A model generated the notes under the pieces. It did no database searches and had not been told where the DNA came from. It saw nothing but the letters and a program-made list of their open reading frames with translations. The position numbers and the translations under genes were made by a program. 64,000 nucleotides of DNA from Amoebidium appalachense (taxonomy: Eukaryota; Protista; Ichthyosporea), in the NCBI GenBank assembly GCA_963693365.1, contig CAVNZM010000004.1, positions 2,750,389-2,814,388 on the forward strand, in the 5' to 3' direction. This document shows, piece by piece, positions 53,529 to 64,000 of the stretch. Position 1 is the first letter of the stretch; each line of letters starts with the position of its first letter.

Positions 53529-53889
53529 AAACACACACCTCCTGGATTGCCGAGGTCTCCCCCTTGCCCCTCTCTTGCCTGTCCAGGCACACCACCACCC
53601 CCACGGGTGTACCCCCTGCCTTAGTGATGATCTCAATGGCCTCTCGGATGGCAGTGCCAGCGGTGATCACTGCACACACCCACAGGTTAGATCAATGACT
53701 GAAAGAGAATGGATGCATTTTTACTTTTGTTTTCTTACGCCTTATTCTGGTACAGCTGTCTTTGATTGGGTGACATAACCCATGATGAGAGGGGAGAATG
53801 TATCTGTAATGAGCTGAGGGAGAATGCATACAGATACATCGGGTTTACCATGTGTGTGTGTGTGTGGTCGTGGTGGTCGTGGTGGTTGT

Positions 53890-53955
<66 letters not shown>

Positions 53956-54836
53956 TATGTGGTGGGGGGGAGGGGGGAAGGGGGGGTGGTGGGTGGGTGG
54001 GGGGGGGGGGGGGGGGGGGGGGCATGCTTCATATGTACATTGAACGAAGAGCACTTAGCATAGACGTTACAGGCGCACACGAGCACCTAATATTATTTAA
54101 CTAGTGCCCATCCGGCGAAGGGGGAGAGGGGGGGGGGGGGGGAGGGCGCAGGGGGCAGGACAAAAGAACGAAGAGAACGAAGAAGAGGGCGGTAGAATCG
54201 TGTGTGTGTTTCATTGGTGGTGGTGGCAGGGTAGAAAAGAAAAAAAAAAGGGGGGGGGGGGGAGGGGGGATACCATCGTCAACAATCAACACCCGCTTGC
54301 CCTTGAGAGATGCCCCCACAAGACTGCCACCCTCACCGTGGTCCTTGGCTGATTTAAAAAATAATATTAGGCTTAACTGAAATGCTTGATTTGTTAACGG
54401 TTTGCCAGTTATTGATTCACTCCTTTATATATTAACTCTCACCGAATGATCATACTATTACTATCAAGACACTGCAAATCACGGCCAATAAAACCAATAA
54501 AACGTGTCATGCCCCCCCCCGCCCCCCCTCCCCCCTTCCCCAACTCCCACCGGGTACTACAAGGTAACCACCCTACACTTCCTTCCCCACCCACCCACCC
54601 ACCAACCCAACCCAAGCACAAACAAAAAGCACACACACACAAACTCTCTCTTTCAAACCCAACCAATCAACCTATCCCCTCCTTTCACGCTCCACTTTCC
54701 CGACTCCTTTTCTCAACCCCTACCCATCCCACCCATCACCTCCATACTTTGCCTCGTATTGTCTCATGTATTGTTTCCTGCTTACACCACCGAATCCTCT
54801 TCAATCGTATCACCTCCCGTGCCCCTACCCCCCCCT

Positions 54837-54868
<32 letters not shown>

Positions 54869-55176
54869 ACTTCTCTTCCCCGTCCCCTCCCCCCATTCCC
54901 GCCATAACACTTCTCTTCATCTCTATCCTCCTCCTCCCCCCTCTCCCTTCCTCCTCCCAAGGGGAGCGTAACCCCTCCCCCCCCGCACCCTCCTCTCCCC
55001 CTCCCCCCCCCCTCCCCCCCCCCCCCCCCCCCCGCCATCAATAATTTGCTAAAGGCCAGCGCTTTCCAGGCCTTCCCCCCCCCCCCCCCCCCCCCCACCA
55101 CCACCACCACCACACGTACACACAGACCCACACACGCACCCACCCACCCACCCACCCCCACGCCCTTCCAACCCGC

Positions 55177-55263
<87 letters not shown>

Positions 55264-55571
55264 GCGTACACACCCTCTTTGCGGTTGAAGCAGTACGGTG
55301 TGTCTCTGTCGAAGTCTCTTGCCAGGGACATGACTGTTGCAGCCACCAAGGGAATGCCCTTGTAGGCGGGCCCAAACATCACATCGTGCTGTGTGGGGTG
55401 TGGAGAGAGGATTAATTGAATGATGTATGGTTGAAACAAGTAAAGAAGTGGACTGAATCGTGAAATTGAATATGAGGACGGTTGGGATTGTGGTTTAAAA
55501 AACATGCAGGGGTTAGAGTGTAAGTTTGTGTGTGTTTGGGGGAGGGGGGAGGCGGAGGGGGGGGGGGGAAT

Positions 55572-55653
<82 letters not shown>

Positions 55654-55727
55654 AGAATTTGAGTGTGGGTGTGTAGGTGTGTACTTGCATGTGTGTGTGT
55701 ATGTTTTTTTTTTGTTTTTGTTTTTTT

Positions 55728-55763
<36 letters not shown>

Positions 55764-57344
55764 CTCTGCTTGAGTGTGTGCTAGAGTGTATGTCACTTTT
55801 GCTAAGAAACGAGGGAGAAGTGGAGGGCCAAAGTAGGTCAAGCGAGAGTTATTTTGTGCGTGAGAAGGAAGGGGAGGGGGGGAATGGGGGGGGGGGGTTT
55901 GAATGCGGAACACAGTACAAAGTACGCATACACGATGAGAAGCATGGTGCAGGACACATGCAAAGGCAAACATTCAAGTATGCAACATCAGCCATGCGCA
56001 CAGTATGCGTCATAAGCAGAGCCCATCCTCAGGGAAATGGGGGGGGGGGGGTGAAAGAGACCGCTAGACATTTTTTAAAAAAGCATATCGGCATCTATAG
56101 AGTCAACACAATATGTGATACATAAACGGGTGAATACATATAGAGTAGTCCCCCCCTCCCCCCACTGTGTGTGGGGGGGGGGAGGGGGGGGGGGGGGGGG
56201 GAGGGGGTTGAAACACCACTGCAAAAAGTATGGAGGAGCTGGCAGTGCTGGTAGACGTGTGTGACAGAAAGTAAATTTAGTGTGTGCATATGACTGGTTT
56301 GGTGCATGTTCATGCATGTGTTCCGTGCTTCGTTTGTGAGTATCTGTGTGCGCACGTGTGTGCACGTATGTTGCGGGTGCAGTGTGTATTGGTGTGTGCC
56401 CATGTAGGTAATCGTACGTGTGCCATGCACATCTAAACTGCACGTTTGTGTTCACGAATTATGAGAAAAAGTTGCTGCTCACACCTCAATGTTTGCATCC
56501 ACCACTGCAGCTGCATATGACTGGCCCAGGCTGGCAAGCACCTTGCCCCCGTTGAACAGCCCGAAGTTGAAGAAGTACGGGCTGGATGAAGAACGTGTCA
56601 GCTTCCATGTGCATGACAGGAAGACACAACTTGGTGCTTTGGGCAAGGGAGGGGAGAGAGTGGAAGTGTGTGAACGGTGGCAAGCAGTATGAGGGAAAGT
56701 TGTTGGTTGTCCCGTGTGAAGGCAAAGTTGCGTGATTTATGGGAAATCAAGTGTGTTGGGCTTTGAAGCGAGAAGTTTGGCAGTAGAAAGCAAGTCCATC
56801 TACAATAGTCTTCCTAGTGCTACTGAAGAGAAAGTCCGCAGTCGGTATAAGTGCGAAGAGGAGGAGGACGGGAAAAAGGGGGGGAGGAGGGGGGGGGGGG
56901 GGGGGGGGGGGAGGAGGGGGGGGGGGGGCAGGGGGAGAAGGAGGGAAGGAGGAACGTAGGGAGTAAGGGACGGAGGAAGGGAGGGGGGGGGGGGTTGAGC
57001 GAGGGAGGGAGGGAGGGAGGGAGGGAGGGAGGGAGGGAGGGAGGGGCGGGGCGCGGGATGGGGGGGGGAGGGGAAATGCCTGTGCTTCAAGAGATGGGTA
57101 GGAAACACCATCAGTGCTACAGGAGGCTTGAAGGATAAAAAACGAGGGCATGGTTGGGAGAAAGCGGGCAAGAACGAAAAATAGAGCTCTGAGAGAAAAG
57201 GTGGCATGTGGGCTGCCCTAATGAATCAGGTGAGGGGGGTGGGGGGTTCCACCTCTTACGGCCGGACTTCAGTGTGAACTCGCCGAAGCCAAGAGCATTC
57301 TCCTTGACTGCCAGCTCAATAAACTGCGTCTGATAGTCCTTCAT
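52463..57344 (-). CDS. URA5: Orotate phosphoribosyltransferase, stand-alone (PyrE/Ura5 type)
   Basis: Exons 57344-57253, 56581-56485, 55388-55274, 54348-54274, 53669-53539, 52603-52463. Motifs [57 protein letters not shown]. Confidence 0.95.
55898..56034 (-). repeat. Intronic repeat family, tail B copy
   Basis: Near-identical to 2157-2292; sense to the OPRT gene. Confidence 0.9.
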
Positions 57345-58025
57345 CTTCAAGTTGTAAAGCCACAAACTAAGCTAAGAAGATAAACTTCAACTAACTTGAA
57401 CGAAGGAAGAAAACTGATCATGAGGGGCACCTGTCAGCCTGTACAGCCTTGGAGCTTCGGAGGGGCCGGCCCGGTGCTATTTAGGAGGCCTTGGCCCGGA
57501 GTCAAGACCTTGGCACATGTGACTTTATAACCATATTAGGTTTTACTTGGCTTTTGCTGATTCGGTTTTCACTACTGTTACGTAATCGCTTTATCGCCAC
57601 GCGCAACTAAGAAAAAAAGGCTCTCACGAGGTACTTCACGCAGGGACTGTGCTTATATAAAAAACATCTACTTCAAACTTTTATCTAAGTTCTACATCCT
57701 CATTTAGTATCACTATCATTATTACACAAGTATCTATATTTATATACATTTTGTGATAGTCGGGCCGGCTGGTCTCGAGAGTGCCGTTCTCCTTAGCTCG
57801 CCTAGACTCCCCATAGATCATGCGACCTGTCCACGCGGCCTTCGAACTTGCACAGACTTCACACCTTGAGTGAGAACGTGACAGATGTTGTTTTAGTGTT
57901 GTTTTAGAATTTGCTTAGATTAAAGTGTCTAGGATATTTCTGACATATAAATAGCGCCAACAAATATAGTGCTAGTGGTCTAGCAAGTGTAAGTGTGCCC
58001 CGACCCAAAGCGGGACCGAGGCACC

Positions 58026-58330
58026 ATGTTCTCGACACTGCGTGCTCTGAGGCCGGTGGTTCGACGGGTCTTACAGCAACAGTCAAAGGTGAGCAATTTT
58101 CCAAGTGATTGGGCGGGTGAGAAAGTGGTACTGTTGATGGAAATGCACTGCTTCATTTGCGTGCACGGGTACTTGGCTTTCATTTCGAGCACGTAGGACG
58201 GGCTGACATACGTGTGATACTGGCGTTCTGAAGGCAGTTCTCTTCCTTGCGCCTTTCTCCCTATCTCTTCCCCCCCCCCCCCCCCCCCCCGCGTTTCCCT
58301 CTTTTTCTTTTTCCTGTCTCTCTATCTCTC

Positions 58331-58380
<50 letters not shown>

Positions 58381-59572
58381 CCCCCTCTATCTCTCTCTCA
58401 CTTCCCCCTTTCCTTCCTCTACACCCCCCCCCCCCCCCCCCTTCCAGCTTCTCTCTCTCTCTCTCAAACCCCCCTTCCCCCCTCCGCACACCCCCTTCTC
58501 CGACTCGCCTCCCTCCCCCCCCCCCCCCCTCCCCCCGCCGCCGCCGCCACCACTGCCGCCGCCGCCCGCTCACCCTCTCCCCCTTGCTCCCTTCTTCTCC
58601 GCTCTCTTCGCTTAGTATTATTGTGCTTAGACTCTAACACTAAATGCAATAAAAAGCGCCAAGTCTGCAAATATTTCATGCTCTCGTGTTCGGCACATGC
58701 ACCAGTTTCTTTGTTTCTCTGTTCTCACCTTCTACCCTTGCAGGCACCAGAATCCATCCCAGGAGTAAGGATACTTCGGGCAGCCCACACACAGGCCGAG
58801 TTGGCCCAAAACACCCACACGTCACAACAACACCAGAAATCATACCATGGCTCTCAACCGAAACGAAACTGGAACCCGCTCTTCAAACAGCGTGACTTAG
58901 ACGGCGAAAGGGGTCAAGAATATAAAAGACCGTCTGGCCAGCAAATGTTTAACGAGATAGAGCACTTGGGACAGTACAAAGAGCCACGGGAACTCCTTGC
59001 TGCTGTAGAGACACTCTTCTCAATTCAAGCCCCATGGACTCGCCAAAGAGGTTTATCCCCCCCCCCCTCCTCCGCCTCCTTGCCCTCCTCCTCTTTCCCT
59101 CACACCAACCCTTTCCCCTCTCCTCTTAAACCCCCCCTCCCCCCTCTTCCCCCCCCCCCCCCCCCCCCCCCCACGGGCCCTCTCCCCGCGGTCCCCCTTC
59201 CACCCTCCTCCTTCGCACCTCACCCTCTTCCCCTCGGGCTAGGAGGATGTCTGACATACATGTGCATAAAGATGGACACACAAACGGGAGGGGGGAGGGG
59301 AGGAGGGGGGGTTGAAGCCGATCAATTGACATGCAGAGAGATGAAGTGCAAACTTTGGACTGCCCCCCTCCTCCTCCCCCCCCTTCCCCCCCACACACAC
59401 ATTCTCTCTTGCGCATCTCCTTGTACACCCATTCGTATCCCTCTCTTTCTACCTTGGCAGCACTCCTATGCACACCCAATAGTAGAGAGATACAACATGG
59501 CATTGGTGGCTTGGTCTTCGTGTTCTCATTGTTACAAGGGGGGAGGTGTGTGTATGTGTGTGTGGCACGTGC

Positions 59573-59612
<40 letters not shown>

Positions 59613-60170
59613 CTGTGTGTTAACCAACACAGAATGTGTAAAGCTTGAATCAATGCCATATCCCCGACCCCCGAATTGTAAATATAGCAAACATTATACA
59701 CCGAGCACTTTCCTGCAAGCATTTTTCGTATCCACCCCCCTCCTCCCCCCCCCCCTCCCCCTCCCCCCCCCCCCCCCAAGAAAAAAAGAAAGAAAGAAAA
59801 AAAGAAGAAAAGAAAAGTCTGTCTCCTGTGCTGGCACTACTGAGAATCATTCTTTCCCCAATTTTCACACTGTCTATCCACAGACTATCTCGTTCAGTCA
59901 CTATACAACTGCTTTGACAACCTGCTCGCCAACCCCCACCGCCGCCTTATCACGGCACTCGAAATTGAGGAGAGGGCACGGAAAATTGGATGGCGACTGA
60001 GGGAAAACCACTATATAATGCTCGTGAAAATTGGGTGTGCGGCCGGGGACTTTGCTACTGTAGCTGAAATTTTGGCTCGGATGAGGGATGATGAGTTGAA
60101 GCCAAATGTGCAAGTTTTCAACGCGATGGTGGAGGCATATGCAAGGCTGGGCGATATGCCATCGGGTGAG

Positions 60171-60208
<38 letters not shown>

Positions 60209-61691
60209 TGAGGATGGGCTCTGTTTATTATGCATGCTCTTTATGGGTGGGTTGCGCTGTGCACTGTGTGGTCCGCTGTGGATGTGTACTTCGTTCTCTA
60301 TGGCACATTCAAATCCCCTCTCCTCCCCCCCCTCCCCCCCCCTCCCCGGCGCCCCCTATCTATACACCCATGTTGATGTGTTAATGTTACATAGTCTTTG
60401 CGTGTTCGTTTTTTGCATGCCTCCAGTGTGTGTGTGCTTTGGTTGGTATGTTTTCGTTTGCCAGTATTTTGTGTTCCATACTGTGTAACATATCAACAAG
60501 GACACAAGCACACACCCCGTGTGCATGTCTACCCTTGGTTACACCCGATGTACCTCTCTCTTAGTTCAATTCTGTAAAGGAAACGGAGGCATTTTGTCAG
60601 AGAAAAGCCCTGGGGAGCCCGGGGGGGGGAGGTGTGCGTGGACGTAGTAGGGAGAAGGTTCAGGTGTGTGTACATGTGTGGTGCAGGGGGGGGGAGGGGG
60701 AGGGAGCTGGTAAACTAAGGATTCTTTTTTTGGGGGGGGGGTTTGGGGGTACAGCGCAGGCGATAGTTGGAGCCATGCGTGATGCAGGTGTCTCACCCAA
60801 CGCCCACACGTATGTGGGTCTGTTGGAGGGGTGTGTGGGCCAGAAGGACCCAAGCATGGCTGAGAGGCTATTTGCTGAAATGGTCGAGGTATGTGGGGGT
60901 GGGTGGGTGGTGGTGGTGGTGGGGGGAGGGGGGGGAAAGTAGAGAGGGGAGCGGGTGGATTGTAATGCTGGTATCCGGTCATGTTTAGTGTGTGTGAAAG
61001 GAATTTCCTTTGTGTGTGTTTTGTGTGTGTGTGTGTGTGTTCCTGCTTGTGTGTCGGCGTGTGTTTTGGTGGTAGTGGTACTGGTGAGTGGGGTGAGCGT
61101 AAGGGCGGGGGGGGGGGGGGGGGAGGGGGGGGGGGGGAGGAGGAAGGGGTTAGGGGGGGGGGGGGGGGGGGGGGGCATTGCTGGTTGGGTCTATTGTGAC
61201 AGTCGTGGATGTTTGTGATACTTTTGGTTCTATGTGGTAGCAAGCCACCCCGGGGGGAGGGGGGAGGGGGAGGGGTTGGGGGGGGTTTTGTTGTGTGCTT
61301 GGAGATGTTATGGAGGCACACCTATGCATTATGAAGGGAGATTGTAAGTGAAGGACGGGTGGGTGAGTGGGGGGGGGGGGAGAAGGGGGGGGGGGGGGGG
61401 GGGGGGGGGGGGGATGGATGCCAAAATTCAGGTCTGTGCCTTGGGAAAGTGGTATACCCCCCCCCCTCCCCCCCACACACACACCACCACCACCACACTG
61501 AGGCTATCCATCGTTTATATATCAAGGCACGGATTATCTAAGGAGTGAGATGGTTTGCAATACCTTACTGTTTTATTTGTCATGTTTGGTAATGCGGAGC
61601 TCCACTTTCTTCCTGTTAGGCTCATCCTTCTCTCCCCCCTGGCTTAAACATTTCCACATGCAGGCATTGCACACATGCCCAAACACACGCT

Positions 61692-61765
<74 letters not shown>

Positions 61766-62709
61766 AGGGGATTGAGCCCACCCGCGGCACTTTCAACGGC
61801 GTCGTGCAAGCACTTGCCAGCCACGAATCTACATTTGCACAGGCGCTAGATCTCTATCGCAAGATGCGATTGCACAATCACATTCCCAATACGCAGACCG
61901 TCAGTGCGGTTTTGTCCCACTGCCTCTCTAGGGGCGACATAAAAACCGCGCGCGAAATTATCGCAGATTGTGTACGTGTCGACAGGATCGCGCGGGAACA
62001 CATTGTCAGGGAGAGAGCGCGCCGGGCGGAGGAAGCCGCGGAAATCGAGAGAAGGAATGCGGCGGAAAGGGAAGGAAGAAAATTAGCCAGTGAGCAGGGG
62101 GAGGGGGGGGATAAAGGGGAAGAGCGAACTGTCGAAACGGTGAAAAGGGAAGTGGATTATGGATTGGAAGAGGAAATTTCAAAGGAAGATTCGCAAATTC
62201 GGACGGAGGTCCCGTATAGGGTCTGGACGGAGGCAGTGGGGTTGGGATCTCGGGCGTTCAATTTGGCTTTGGAGGACAGGGCGGCCGCGGAGGATCTTAA
62301 TGGTGCTATTGAAATTTTCAACGCAATGAGGAAATTGGGAGATATGAGTGATGGTTCCGCCGAGAAGTCGACGAAAGAGATGACTTTTGGGGAGATGGCA
62401 GACCAACTGATGAAACCCCCCGGGAGACCGAACAAAGATACGTTTAGAATTTTACTGGGGATGTGTCTGGGGAGGCCGGGTATGGGGTTGAATGGGAAGG
62501 GAGGTACGGGGGGTTTTTTAGGGACAAAGGGGGGTTTTACGAATGAGAAAGTGGAGACGGGGATGCAAGTTTTGAAGTGGATGGAGGAGCTTGGGATTAA
62601 AAAAACCCCAAAATTGATGGATATGGAGGTGCAAATCAAGCGGATGCACGCCCTGATGGGGTTTGTGAATGCGAATATGGCAAAGGCAATGCAAAAGAGG
62701 GGCTTTTAG
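58026..62709 (+). CDS. Pentatricopeptide-repeat (PPR) protein, probably mitochondrial
   Basis: Exons 58026-58088 (MFSTLRALRPVVRR targeting peptide), 58744-59050, 59884-60165, 60755-60888, 61765-62709. PPR motifs: KPNVQVFNAMVEAYARLGD, GVSPNAHTYVGLLEGC, GIEPTRGTFNGVVQAL, IPNTQTVSAVLSHC. Confidence 0.9.
60207..60315 (+). repeat. Intronic repeat family, tail A copy
   Basis: CCTGAGGATGGGCTCTGTTTATTATGCATGCTC...GTACTTCG...CACATTCAAAT + C tract. Confidence 0.85.
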
Positions 62710-63342
62710 TCGGGGGAGGGGAGAAGAGGGGGGTTTGTCATGAGAGGTGAGCTTTCGTTTTGCATTGGTGGACGTGTGGGTTGGAGGGGGGGGGGGGGGT
62801 TGGAGGGGGGGGTCTTCTCAAATTCAGAATGACTGTTTGTGTATTTTCCCGTCGCTCCCCTCTCGATGTTTTGCAGGAAAATGAAGCAGTGGGGAGATGT
62901 GTGGGTATGTAGACGAATTGAAGCAACCAATTGCAACTCTCTGATGCAGTAAAGAGATTCTCTGTCTCGACCGGGTTTGTATTGGATGATGGCAATATTG
63001 GTTTTATGATCTTGGGGTTAGGGATGTTACTAATCTGACTACTGGTAACGCATACTGGGAAATGTTGCTTTGGCTTTCTTGTGAAAGCAGCAAGTAATGT
63101 TGTTCTTTTGCATGTAACTACGAAAGCAATCGAAAGCAGAACCCTCACACTCTAGTTAAATGTTTTTGCCTTCCATGATTGTAAGTTGCATGTATGATTG
63201 CTATGTATGATTGAATCCGTCTGTAAAACAATCTATCGATTTCACGAGTATTACTCCATCATCATGAGGTATCATCAGTAAACAGATCTCGAAACCGTGT
63301 AACCTACAGCTCCGGGCCTTCAACGTTTTTGGCCGCAGTTAT

Positions 63343-63390
<48 letters not shown>

Positions 63391-63514
63391 ATATGTGTAT
63401 CCCGTCATTCATTATCATGACATCATGATATGGTATGTGGTTGGATGCATTCAATCTTATGAGAAGCCGGGGCCTACGAAGTCACTATTGAGCTACACGG
63501 CACTGCCAAAGACG

Positions 63515-63566
<52 letters not shown>

Positions 63567-63637
63567 CTTACATACACACAATGGTACCTCCACTAGGCAC
63601 GTGCACCTGCCGACCACAAACTACATGTGCATGTGTT

Positions 63638-63668
<31 letters not shown>

Positions 63669-64000
63669 CCCCTCCACCACCCCCCACCACACACATGCAC
63701 GCACACACACAACTGCCCGACAGCCATCCACACGCACACAAACCAACCGCCTTTCTGCATTTCACCACATTCAGTGTCTAACTTTCACACACGTGGCCTA
63801 CTTTCCTACTTCAACAAAACACGTGTATCACTTGACCCTTCACATAATGAACTACCATTCATAAAATCAAGCGATCTGTCATCTATTTTCAACTCGTCGA
63901 GGTGGTTGTGTTTTCGGAAAAACCAAGGTTTTGCCTCAATCTCTCCATCACCCAATCGGCTGTGCGGAACCACTGCGTGCCCGGATGGAACTCTAATCGG

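Overview
Eukaryotic, gene-dense, intron-rich genomic DNA, probably from a unicellular opisthokont/holozoan-like protist (taxonomy is inference only). Introns are filled with (CA)n/(GT)n, (CT)n and poly-C/poly-G tracts, which generate almost all of the spurious ORFs in the ORF track. Eleven genes can be built by hand from splice signals: CCDC84/CENATAC (-, runs off the left edge), two convergent paralogous MFS sugar transporters, an unknown Cys-rich type I membrane protein, a short acetamidase/formamidase, RAMP4/SERP1, a small EF-hand protein, ER cyclophilin B, a frameshifted F-box/LRR gene, a stand-alone orotate phosphoribosyltransferase and a mitochondrial PPR protein. The most striking unexplained structure is a dispersed intronic repeat family with about 20 recognisable copies. 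Every copy I found lies in an intron on the sense strand of its host gene. Full copies have a ~150-nt head whose helices are preserved by compensatory substitutions between subfamilies, one of three different tails, and a poly-C end. Two MITE-like elements, a probable non-LTR retrotransposon 3' fragment ending in (CA)n, and splice acceptors that directly abut pure (CA)n tracts are also visible.
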